Below are positions 1-11,812 of a stretch of 64,000 nucleotides of DNA, piece after piece. The notes below the pieces were generated by a model. It worked only from the letters and a program-made list of their open reading frames with translations, had not been told where the DNA came from and made no database searches. Origin of the DNA: Utricularia gibba (taxonomy: Eukaryota; Plantae; Magnoliophyta). The position numbers and the translations under genes are program-made. How positions within the stretch are numbered: position 1 is the stretch's first letter; the number at the start of each line of letters is the position of its first letter. The stretch spans positions 2,170,001 to 2,234,000 of the forward strand of contig NEEC01000016.1 of NCBI GenBank assembly GCA_002189035.1, given 5' to 3'.

Positions 1-1880
1 AATATCATCAATAAATACAACAACAAAGTTGTCCAAGTATGGCTTGAAAACTCTTCATCATATCCATAAACACGGCCGGCGCATTCGTCAACCTAAAGGG
101 AACCACTATGCACTCGAAGTGCCCATACCTAGTTCTAAAAGCTATCTTAGGAATATCCTCCTCCTTCACACGCAATTGATGGTACCCTGAGCGTAAATCC
201 AATTTGGAGAAAAACATAGCTCCTTGCAATTGGTCAAATAAATTGTCTATTCTTGGTAATGGATATTTATTCTTAATTGTCACCTTGTTGAGTTCTCGGT
301 AGTCGTAACACAGTCTCAAACTTCCATCTTTCTTCTTGACAAATAGAATTGACGCTCCCCATGGTGATATACTTGGCCTAATGCGTCCCATGTCCAGCAG
401 TTCACGTAGTTGCTTCTTCAGCTCAATCAGCTCTCGAGACGCCATGCGGTATGGGGCCTTGGATATTGGTTTGGTGTTTGATAGCAACTCAATCAACAGC
501 TCCACTTCCCTTTTTGGAGGATGACTTGGTAGCTCATCAGGGAAGACATCATTAAACTCATTTACAACCGCAATGTCCTCTATCCTCTTCTCCTTAGGCT
601 CTGTTGTGATGGACGTTATGTACCCAATGCACTCACTAATTGGTGTGCTGGGGAAATTATCTGGATATGCATCCTTCTCAAATTGTAGTAGCTTTCCATC
701 CTTTAGTCTTAGACCATAGCATGCATATAACATTTTTTCTGGTATTTCTTGACTGGCTTATCCCAAAGGGATGCCTTAGACATGTCTGACATATGTTCAC
801 ATAGCACATAGACAAAGAACATTGAGCACTTTACTCACTTCAAAAGGGAATACTTGTTTGGAAACCAACCAACAAGGGCAGCTAATCCTTGGAAGAAAAC
901 AATTAAGGTTTTAAAAAGAGAATTTTAGGGACTCCAAAAAGATTTCGAAACATCAGAAACCCAAAAAAAACGTGCCCTGCTAGACTTTTCGCACAATGAA
1001 AAACAAGGAGGAACACAGGTTAATGGAAATAGGGAGAAATCTTTCGAAAACAGAATAGTAACACATAGGCAATCAATCATGTATGTTTCATAGAAGCATT
1101 AAAACATGCTTCTAAAAAAAAAGTAGCACTCATCCCACTTACCTTATCCCCTACAGAAGTAATCCCTTCCTACAACTAGAATCAAGAACTTCCCCCTTCT
1201 CACTAGCTGTATTCTCTACCCTCCTCTTCCTCTTCAACTATGATTCTTCAGGCTTTTTCCAAAATGACTCCATCCATCTAAACCTAATAGACACCATGAG
1301 TCGCCATCCCCCTTATTTTGAGGTTGCCATGTGGCCCTTCCTTTAGATAGCACCTGCTTCATCTCTATTGGTTGATAAAAACAACCTCCATACCGATGTG
1401 GGCCCCATCCTTTATTGATTTCATACATAACTATGATCATTAGAGAGGTATTATGCTAAACTCCAACAATGGATATCGCAGAACATAACAAAACCCTACC
1501 TTGAGACTTCCCAAGCGGAGACATTGGAATGGAATTTACAGCATGATATGCTTGGGCTATACGTGAGTGCACCCAAGGTATTATAATTGATATTAAAGTC
1601 ATACCTAAGCTAATAATTGGTGTTAGGATAAACCTCAACAAAAAATGTTGAATTTTTAAGAAAGGGTGGATGTGAGGTCCTTCCTAACGAATGATGGAAG
1701 GATGTTAGATAAATTGACATAATGGAATTATTATGTAAATCTTCTATGAAATTCTTTCTCAAGGATGATAAAACTTTCTTTATGGAAGCTTTTAAAACTA
1801 AATGTACTTAATTTGAAGTAATTTGAGTGTATAACATTTGTAAAAATGTTAGCTACAATAGGTTTTTAAATAATGGACAC
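1..1880 (-). mobile_element. Ty3/Gypsy (Tekay/Del chromovirus-type) fragment; RT N-terminal part at 8-733, degenerate upstream internal sequence
   Basis: ORF 8..733 has KAPYRM...SPWG...[37 protein letters not shown]...[10 protein letters not shown]...FRTRYGHFE, typical Tekay RT. The assignment of 734-1880 is inferred. Confidence 0.85.
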
Positions 1881-2468
1881 TGTTAGGTGTGAAAATCGAA
1901 GTCCGAGATGAGGCCGATTTTTTTGTTATAAATGCAACCGAAAATATCATGCCTTGTTATGTTTTTTTGCGATTTGTTCGGTGTGATCAAAAGAAAGAAA
2001 GGCAGGCAAAGGTTTTTACATGGAAAGCCGCCGTAAGACGGAAAAATTCCTTACTAGATGGAAGTGTGGAGTAAGGTGCAGGATGGGAGACTTAGGGTCG
2101 AACCCTTTCATCATTATGATTTCTTCTATTTATATAGGAGGCCGACCTGACCGAATCATGAGTTCTGCAGGTGTCGGCTACCTTCTTGTACTTGTACTGT
2201 GATCTTGCTTTTCAGGCAATCGCCGCCTGTCCTACTATGACTCGGCCACTTTTCAAATGGTGCCATATTGCCACTTTCAAATCTCTGACACATATCGGTC
2301 TGTCGGCAGGCATTGTCTCATCAAGACCCCACCTGGCAACCTTTCAGAGATCGACTATCCTCAGTCGACTTGTATCCCATCATTCACCCCCTCTGATTTG
2401 CTGATGTGGACCCTTTTGGGGCAAGTTGGGGAATCAGAATCATAACTATTCTGATTTCAAGTGTATCA
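1881..2468 (-). repeat. 3' LTR of the Retand element (588 bp)
   Basis: On the minus strand it starts TGATACAC (2468) and ends CACCTAACA (1881). The purine tract AGGAGGA lies immediately upstream (2469-2475), and there is a TATA-like CTATATAAATAG near 2130. Confidence 0.7.
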
Positions 2469-2876
2469 TCCTCCTAGGGTTGGGCCTCTAACTTACTTAA
2501 AACGATTTCCTCGCCACACATCGCCTCCTTTTTGCCTCTCATTTTGGGCACTCCAAATGGTGCGCCATTTTGCCTTTCGAACCCTTCCTTCATAAATGCA
2601 CCTTTTTCCCATCACTTCTCCCTTTGCCCTCTTTGTTCTTTCGCAAAGTTTCAGCCTCATTTGTGTTTCGTCATGTTCGTCGTTGTGCTGCTCATCGGAA
2701 ATTGCACGTTCTTCAGGTATCCGTAATTTCTCCGCATCTCCCTCGCATTTCTGGATTAATTCTGTGTTTTGCTAGGTTTTCGAGGTCCTTTTCCTCTTCT
2801 CCTACGCTCTCCACAGGTTTCTGTTCTTCGCTCCCTCCTTTATAACTTCCTCTATCTTTCAGTTCTCGAAGACAAA

Positions 2877-5078
2877 ATGGGCAGGAAATCTAGCCCACTG
2901 AACATCACTGCAATCCGCTCCAAATATTCAATCCCGGAGGAATATATCATTTCTTAGGCTAGGGATGGTCAGATTTCTTGGGGTCCTGGGGAAAAACCTC
3001 TTCCCCGTTTTAGTCTTCCTATCCCCATTGCTTATTTAGAAAGTGGCCTCCGATTTCCGCTCCATCCTTTACTCATTCAGTTTCTTCACATGTTTGCAAT
3101 CCCTCTCTATTGCCTGGCCCCAAACTCGATTTTTTGCTTTACGGCCTTCTTGTTCTATTCGGTGGGAATGGATCCGGCGATGACTGTGGTGGATTTTTTC
3201 CACCTCTTCAAATTCGCTGTCCGAAAAGCTAAACCGCCGATGCATGGGCGTGCTCTCACTTTCAGTTTTGCCTATTCGAAGATCATCCTGATTTCATCGT
3301 TAAACGTCCCGATACTCACCATGACTGGTGGTCCTCTTTTATTTGAGTTGCTCCCCCTATAAGAGCTAGGTGGAACTTCCCGATTAAACCCCCTAGTCCC
3401 TTTGAGGTTAAAAACTTCGGCCACTTTCGCCCTTCTAACGATTCTTGGAGGGATGTGTATCGGAGGCTCAGCGAGTGCTCTGTGAAATATGAGTCCCGAT
3501 CCCAGATGCTTTCACGAGACACACGGACTGCTTGTGGGATCCTCGCCCTTGGTCCGATTTCATCATTCCCCTGGTTCTAAGTTGGAATTTCGTCACCTTT
3601 TTCAGTCTCCACCCGATATCCCTGTTATTTCTGGTACACCTCCTGTTTTCGGTTCGGTAATTCCATCTTCCCCTGACCCAATTTCTGAACCTTCGGTTCG
3701 CCATTCTCTTCAAAAGAAAAGAAAAAGAGTTAAAGTTAACACACATAAGCCTTCCAAAAGGCACATAGGTAGTTAGGCTCTGTCTCCTCGAATCATAATG
3801 CCTTTATCATGTTTCACCGTTTCTCCCACTTTCGCGTGCAGTTGAGGAGATGGTTCGAAGAAGTGCGCTGGAGGACTCAGTAATGGCCCATTTCTCAGCC
3901 GAAATGCGGAGGATGCAGGAATCCGAGGTGACTCCTCCCGCATAGGTCTATTTTCCCATACATCGACTTTCGATTTCTGAGTCTGACCCTTTTTATTTAT
4001 TCCTCTAGGCAAGTTCTCTAGAAGTTCAACCGGATGGTGCCGATTTGACTACGGAAGGAGGCCAGGTAACTGAGGTTCCTGAGATTTGGGAAACGGCTCC
4101 TTCCCCGACCTCAGGAAAAGGGAAAAAGAAGCTGTCTCCCTCGCTGATGCCAGCCGAAAGTCCAGCTCTCAGAAGGAACCCCTTTTCGATCGACGCCTCA
4201 ATGTTGGCTCCTCCGAATGATACAGAGAGGGATTCCAGTCCCCCAATTGAGATAAGGGAGAATCCTGGCCTACCCACTTCTTCATTTCCACGGGAGCTGC
4301 AGAAAGCCTTAGAGGAGTCGACTCCGAATGTGTCAGGAGCTGAGCCGGAAATTATACTCAAGGGAATTTGGTAGGTACTCCTCTTTTGTCTCAGGGTTAT
4401 GCATGTTCGGACGCCGACTTGATTACCTTTCTTCCAGGCTTTGACCTTTGGATGGGGGATGGCCAAGGAAATCGGATCCACCACGGAGGAAGTTTCTCAG
4501 CTTCGAGCCCAAGTTGAGGCACATGATGCCAAAATAAAGTCACTGGAGAGGAAGGGAGTGCATTGAGGTGTATTCTCGGGAAGCACACCCGCCGGGAGGA
4601 GGGACATCAGATTTTAGTGAGGGAGATGGGGAAGGCGATCGATGATGCCAACTCCGAGAAGGAAAACTTTAAAATGCTTTTTGAGGAGGCTGAGGAGGAG
4701 TTGAAACAGAGCAAAGAATGCGTTTTGGCCTTAGAGGCCGAACTACTCGAGTAAGAGGTGTCCCGGCGGGAGGTTTTGAAGAATTTTGTGAACTTGGCTT
4801 GCTTCTCTGAATTGTCGGACATCTACGCCGGCGATTTAATCGATCTGCTTCTATATCGGCCAAGGCGTCAAATCTGCCAGGAGACCGGACTATCCATTAT
4901 GGATCTGCGTTTCGACAGGGTCAACCCCTTGATAAAAGACGAGAACATGTCTGACGTCGTCTCAAACGTTCAACCTGCTCCTGAATTTGGCTTTGAAGCG
5001 GATCGGGAACGCCTAGCTCCACTTATCCGAACCAGGGTCGGTTGGGAGAACGAGGCCAATATTTTCCCTAAACTTTAG
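2877..5078 (+). pseudogene. Antisense extra gene of the Retand element (Transposase_28/PF04195-like N-terminus, Pro/Ser-rich and basic linker, C-terminal coiled coil); degraded
   Basis: GLRFPLHPLLIQFLHMFAIPLYCLAPNSI motif at about 3045-3135. ORF pieces 2877-3362, 3489-3776, 4045-4374 and 4563-5078; predicted introns 3769-3841, 3928-4008 and 4375-4437; several stops and frameshifts. Confidence 0.72.
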
Positions 5079-8000
5079 TTTGGCTTACTTTTCCCTCGCT
5101 CACTTGGAGCTAATATTTTTGTCCCCGGTTTGTGGTTTTTTGGGATTTATACGAATAGTGTGAGGAAGCGGATTACCTGAGTTGTACTAGGGCTTATCCG
5201 TATCATCGGAGCCTAGACTCTTGGAGGTCACATATTTCGGGAGAGAGCCCTGAGTTGGTTTGCTGTACCCATAGCGGGGCTTAGGTTTGGTGAGTTCGCT
5301 TAGGCTTTTGTGACCTGAGGTATAGGTGTCCTTTTGCCAACCCTTTGGTTGGGCTCTTTGATCCTGGTTTGCCTCAATATTTCCTTATGCGAGCTGAACC
5401 GTTGCTAGAGAAGTGGACCAGAACCTCTCATGGGTTGAGTTACTTCCCCAATCCAGATGGGCCCTCTTCTGGCCGAAGTCCCGTTATTTGGAACATGGGT
5501 GGATTTGCTTAGGGTACTCAAGGGCTTTTTCGAGGCTTATGCATGCAGTTGTCGGAACCAGAGCCCGAGTTATACCAAGGCTGATCCTCATCCCTAGGGC
5601 CCAGGTTTAGAAGGCTATAAGTATATATCAGGGGGACCCCGAGTTGATCTACTGTGCCCCACAGGGGGCGCTGATTTAGTAGGTTTATCTTGGCTTACGT
5701 AACTTGGCCAGGGCTTATGATTTAGATTTAGAGAGTTCAATTGGGCTTACGCCAACTCATCTCCGCTTTGGAGGAATTTATAACCACTTGGACACTTTGA
5801 CAAAAGAAAATACCTAATCTGGCGAGGATCTATGATAGGGATCGGTATTGAGCCGACTAGGCATAGAATTTCCTTAAATGTGTTGCATTCCAGGATCTTG
5901 GGAGTTCCACGCCATCTAGTCGTTCTAGCCGATATGCTCCCTTTCCAATTACCCGTGAAATCCAGTAAGGGCCTTCCTAGTTGTGATCTAGTTTTCCCAC
6001 ATGTCTCTGTGGTTGGATGCTCTGGAGAACCAAGTCTCCTTCCGAGAATTCCCTTAGGAATATGGATCTGTTGTAACTCTTTTCTGTTCTTCTCTGATAA
6101 GCCCCTAGTCAGCTATAAATACTTTGTCGTTTCTCTTCCAACAGTTCCAACTCCAGTCTTCGTAAGTCAGTGTTTTCTTCCACATTATAGTGTTCCACCC
6201 TGTAGCTCTTCAATGTTAGTTCAAACGGGCACACCGCTTCTGATCCATAAACCAATAAGAAAGGAGGCTCTTCTGTAGTGGTTCGAGGGGTGGTACGGTA
6301 TGACCATAACACCTCATCCAACCGATCTGCCCATGATCCTCCAAAATTCTCAAGTTTGGTCTTCATACCCTACCTGAGCGTTTGATTTGTTACCTCCATG
6401 AGACCATTGCTCTAAGGATTGTATACCGAAGTGAAGTTGTGCTTGACCGAATATTTGTTCAGGAATGCATCCATTCTTCCTTCCGCAAACTAAGGTATTC
6501 CGAATCGGATGAAGATGTTTCTCCACAGGAATCGGATAACAATCTCCTCTAATATTCTTGCCGCAGCTTCGGCTTCTACCCATTTGGAGAAATATTCAAC
6601 TCCTACGATGACAAATTTCTTCTGACCTGAGGTTTGGGGAATGGTCCCATAATATCTACCCCAACCGGTCAAATGGGTCATGAGTTTCATACTCACCCGA
6701 AAACTGTCCCTGCACAAGCCATGAATCGGTATAAGCTTCAAGTTCCACGACTACGAGCTCTCTGTCAATTTTCATTCCTTCCACCAAAGCTTCATATTCG
6801 ACCACATTGTTGAAGGCGAGGAACAAGAATTTCACCGTGATATAAATGCGTTCCCCGTCCAGAGTTCGGATGTCTATACCTCCTCCAGCTCCGTTGTATG
6901 TTGAACCGTCAACATACATGGCCCATCGGTCGTTAGTTTCCATGAAATGGTCGATAGGCCGAGTCATCTCAACCAAAAAATCGGCAAGAGGTTGGGCCTT
7001 GATTGTTGTTCTCGGTTTAAATTCAATATCCGTCATACTCAATTCGACTGCGCACTTGGCGACCCTTCCGGAGATCTCACGTCGAGACAGAATATTCTTC
7101 AGTGGTTGATTAGTGAACACCACGATGTGCCGATCTTGGAAATATGACCCCAGCTTGGTGGCTGCCATTTTCAGGGCCAAGATTAACTTCTCTGTTACTA
7201 TGTATCGAGTTTCGGCCGGCAGCAAGATCTTGCTCACATAATACATCGGTAAGTGTTTATCTCTTGAGATGGTTGTCAAGACTGCACTTACCGCAACAGG
7301 TGATATTGATAGATAAAGTTCTAGGGGCTCCCCTTCCCTCGGGGGCACTAGAAGTGGAGTTGAAGAGAGATATTCTGAGTTTCTCGAAGGTGATCTGGCA
7401 ATCTTCGTTCCATTCTAAAATATTTCCCTTTCACAAGGCCTTGAAGAAAGACGCCGACTTGTCAGTCGACGAGATATGAAGCGGCATGCAGCCAGTTTAC
7501 TCGTGAGGCCCTGATATTCCTTGATTGTCCTCGGGGTTGCATTTCACATATTGCCTTAATCTTCTCAGCGTCAGCCTCAATTCCTCTTTCCAATACATAG
7601 TGTCCGAGGAACTTTCCGCTCTACACCCCCAAAGCAACATTTCAATGGATTGAGTTTTAATCTGTATGACCGACATAGAGAAAAGTAGGAATCCAAATAC
7701 ATCAAATGATCCTCTTCATTCATTGACTTAACGATCATATCGTCCACATACACCTCCATAGAAGTTCCGATTTCAGAGGAAAAGATTTTGTTCACTAATG
7801 TCTGATATCCAAAAGGCATTCTTCAAACCAAAAGGCATCGCGACATAGCAGTAGACCCCATCCTTGGTCTAAAAGGTTGTTTTCGTCTGGTCCTTTTCTG
7901 CGACAAAGATCTGGTGATACCCAGAATATGCATCCATGGTGCTCAGAAAATGGGATTCGGCAATGGCATCCACCAGTTTGTCTATCTTTGGTAAGGGGTA

Positions 8001-9335
8001 GGGATCTCTTTCACAACAGGCGTTGAGATCGGTGAAGTCGACACACATTCTCCATTCTGAGTACTGGATCTCCCTCACGTAACCAGCTTCCAGGAGTTCC
8101 TTTGTTTTCTCTTTAATAATCCAGCACTTTTCTTCAGAGAAGTGCCGTTGTTTTTGCCGAATCAGCTTCACCACCGGATAGGTATCAATGTGATGCTCAG
8201 CGACAGACTGATCAATTCCTACAAAGCTGCAGCAGTCCAGGACTACCCTATGCTCGGTCCTCCCGGATACCATATGGATTTCCCGAACATAGGGGGGACT
8301 ACCCTATGCTCGGTTTGTGTTTCTTGAACTTTCTGGTCTATCTCAATCTCCTTTATGGTTCGAGACTTCGCTAGCTCGTGGGATTCCTCCTGCTGATTTT
8401 GAGGGGAACTTCGGGTATTGGCTGCCTTCGTTCCCCGTGTGTCCATTACGTCCTCTTTTTCATTCCGTCATCGGTGCGGGGTTCCGTGTCACGTTGTTCA
8501 TCCCGCCACCAGCATGATACTGCTTGATCATCCTCTTAATTACTCGGCAGTCGATAGTGCTGTGCCTTGTGGTTTTGTGTATTTCGCAATAGGGATCGAT
8601 TCTGGTTGGTTCCACCTAATATACTTCCCAACGCTTGCTCGGCTGGGGGGCCCGGTTGGATTGCACCTCTTGCTGCGAAACTGGGCGGATCTCTACACGG
8701 CTTTTCATTTCGGCCATAAGGTCGTTGTCAACTCGGATGTACTTCATGATTTTCCGTAATAATTCTCTGAGATTCTTCGATGGGGATTTAGATAGACTCT
8801 ATTCCAATTTTGATGTTCCTAGGGCCCGTTTCATTATTTCTATCCTCTCCTTCAAGTCTAGTTGAACGTCCTACGCCAGGTAGTTGAATTAGTCGATGAA
8901 TCTCCTCAAGCTCTCTCTCCTCTGGTCATATCGAATGGAATACAATGATGCCTTTCATGGTGGGATATCGATATTGACAGCACATCGGGTAGTGAAGAGC
9001 AACACCAACTCTCGGTAAGATCCCACGCTACATGATTCTAACTGCTTGAACCAAATCTTGGCTCCCTTTTGGAGCATGCAAGCGGACAGCTTACACTTCA
9101 TGGCTTCCGAATGATGGACCGTGGCCATCCTCATGTTGAAATTGGTCACATGAGATATGGGGTCTCCTTTTCCATCGTACGTGGGCTGTCCATCGGGGAC
9201 TCTGAATCCTCTTTCTAGCTCTTCCCGAATTAGCTCATCCGAGAAGGGATCAAAGTGCAGTGTTGGGGTTACCGTTGTCCCTTCAACATTCTTCACAGCT
9301 AAGTCAATATCAGCTAGTCTCATCAAAGTATGCAT

Positions 9336-10085
9336 TGCCTCTTATTCTTAGTTGGAAGTTAAATTTCCTATTGCATTGCCCAACTTCTATGTGTAATGTT
9401 GTATGCATTATATGGCTTTGTCATGCTTTTTCAATTCCAGTTTTCTCCTAGTCTCATCAAAGTATGACGCATTCGAATGAAATGTTTGTCGATATGCATA
9501 AGATGGAAAAGGAGGCGCTTGTCAATCTCGAGTTCAGAAGCTTATCTTATTTGACTTGCAGGCATCTGAATCGGCTTCCACAGTTGGTGCTTGTTATTTC
9601 GTTGCTCTGTTCACTCCTGATTCTTGCTTTCCACGCAGCAAGTGTCCCAAAGAACCTTGCCCCTACCGTCGGCATAGTTGTTGATCACAGGGGTAGAAAT
9701 CGCTCCCTGGAATGTCTTCAAGCAAATGTTCAAAAAGAGTTTAAGACGTATAAAGCCAAGCTCGTCGTCTTCCCCAGACGTGCCCGCAAGTTCAAGGTCA
9801 CTCCATGTCAGCAAATCCAAACTTGCATTCTTTTAAACTTTCAGCAAGTGTGACTTTACAGTGTATCTTTCCTCGTGTAGGTTGGAGGCTCCACCCCCGA
9901 AGAATTGGAGGAACCATAAACTTTCAGCAAGTGTCACTCCATGTCACGTGGATCTTGTCAAGATCTCCGAGGAGATGAAGTCTTCCAGAGCATACCATAA
10001 ACTTCGCCTGGAAAGGAGAAACCAGCATAATGTCGGGAAAAGAGCCAAGAGGGCTTCTGAGGCAGAAAAGGAGGATAAAAAGTGA
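9336..10085 (+). pseudogene. RPL13: 60S ribosomal protein L13 pseudogene; 3' half only, with introns
   Basis: Exon 9634-9796 [51 protein letters not shown], intron 9797-9880, last exon VGGSTPEEL...[21 protein letters not shown]...[15 protein letters not shown]. The upstream acceptor reads CAC, the last exon is disrupted by filler DNA, and the 5' exons are absent. Confidence 0.93.
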
Positions 10086-11021
10086 GTAATTTGGCAGAAT
10101 ACCCCTCTGCAAAATGGGGATTTGCTGAATACCCCGCTTTCCCAAAAGCCTTTTAGAAATGTCCTTATTTCAGTTATTCTTTTGCTAAATACCTTCTTTT
10201 TAGAGAGAAAAACAAATAAATAAATAAATATATATATATTATACATATTAAAATAATTAGCTATATATTATCAAAATACATTTATATAAGCATTTACTTT
10301 AAATAATATTTTGATTTAATTTATTTATATTTTTAGTTAAATTTGTTTTATACAACCATAAAAATATTTTTTAATAACTTAATGAAAATATTTTTTATTT
10401 TATTATTATATTTCAATAATAAGTAATATCACATGAATAAATTTTTAAGCAATATATAATGTTTAATAATTTTATACTAGATGATCCAAATATCATAAAA
10501 AAAACATTAAATTGTTTTCTGGATACTATTCACCATATTTTGTTTCACTGCATATTTTTTATAGCAACATTATATAAATACAATTCATATGTAAATTTAT
10601 TACTAACTAGATTACTTGTGTTCAGTGATCAAAAAAATATATTGTAAGTGTACAAGTGATGATGCATTCAAAAACATTAGTATAACATTATACTATATAT
10701 TTGTTATAGGTGCAAATTACGATTATAGTAAAGACATGTCTTTGTAAAAATATTTTCATAATAAAAATTTAATTTTGATTTTACAATTTATAAAGTATTG
10801 AATTAATTTGAAATCAAAATTGAATTTAAAATTAAATAGATAAAAATGTGCATTTAAAACAGATGGGAAATATATTTTTAGATTAAAATAGATAAAAAGG
10901 TGCATTAATTATATAAAAAATAATAAAAAAAATCAAAAAAGGGGTATTTGGACAATACTTTTAGAACCCGGGGTATTCAGCAAATCTGGTTTTTACAGTG
11001 GGGCATTCCACCAACGAGGCC
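10084..11021. mobile_element. Non-autonomous Mutator-like (MULE) element/MITE, 938 bp
   Basis: TIR cores 10091-10136 and reverse complement of 10969-11014 match at 37/46 nt and both lie 7 nt in from the ends. Perfect 10-bp TSD GATAAAAAGT at 10074-10083 and 11022-11031; AT-rich interior. Confidence 0.9.
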
Positions 11022-11812
11022 GATAAAAAGTAGACTGCGGGATTTGATTTCATGGCCCTTGAGCTCCGACGTTTCCTTGTCTTCAGCACCATTCATGACA
11101 CCAGATGACTATGAAACACCTTGTGCACATCACATCTTTTGGATGCTTCATGCATCTCTTCGTTTGTGTCTGGAATCATGGAAGCTGCGTTTCAAATTGG
11201 GCGTGATGATATTGGGGCATTTAATATTGAGAAAAATGTTGGGATGGGCACCGACATGACGGATGATTCCCCGCGGGCGTGGTAGTCTACAGTCTTCGCT
11301 GGCACCATGTGCTCTCCCCGGCAACCGTTGGCGCGCCATTTACTCCAACGACTGTGCAGTTGAATTTTCATTTCCCGTCACATTTATTTCTCACTCCCCG
11401 AGTTTCAGTCTTGTGCGAAAAGCCTTGTTGCCCCTCACTGGTTTCTCCTGTTCGATTCAGCCTCTTCTTTTTTCTCTGGGTTTCCTCCGTTGGCGCTGCC
11501 CTCGTCCGTCGCTGGCTGCGGGAAACCGGTTTGTTTGTTTTTCTTTTATATATCACTCATTTACTTCCTTCTTTCCGGTTGCTGGACATGATGAGAGGGG
11601 TAACGAACCCATCTTTAGTTGTTATTTTTTGATAACTTGATTATGAGCGCTGGAGCAAAAAAGTTGTTTGTTTCTGGAATGGGCATTTCGATGAGTTGCT
11701 GTTGGATTGATTCTTCACCGAGATTTATAATCCTGATTTGATTTTTGTTTGGAAAATTTCAGAGGCGGCTGGGACAGAGGGTTTTCTTATGCATTGACCA
11801 GTGAAGGGGAAA

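Larger units (their letters stand above)
1881..9300 (-). mobile_element. Ty3/Gypsy Tat/Retand-type LTR retrotransposon; 3' LTR present, 5' LTR and gag N-terminus lost, internally deleted
   Basis: Minus-strand gag (TYDGKGDP..H, 8955-9270), RT (7400-8240), RNase H, then an additional archaeal-type RNase H (YVDGS...NNVVEYEAL...TDSWLV), then integrase (EYFSKWVEA, YRTTPR). The RT-RH-aRH-INT order and a 3' antisense ORF are Retand hallmarks. Confidence 0.88.
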
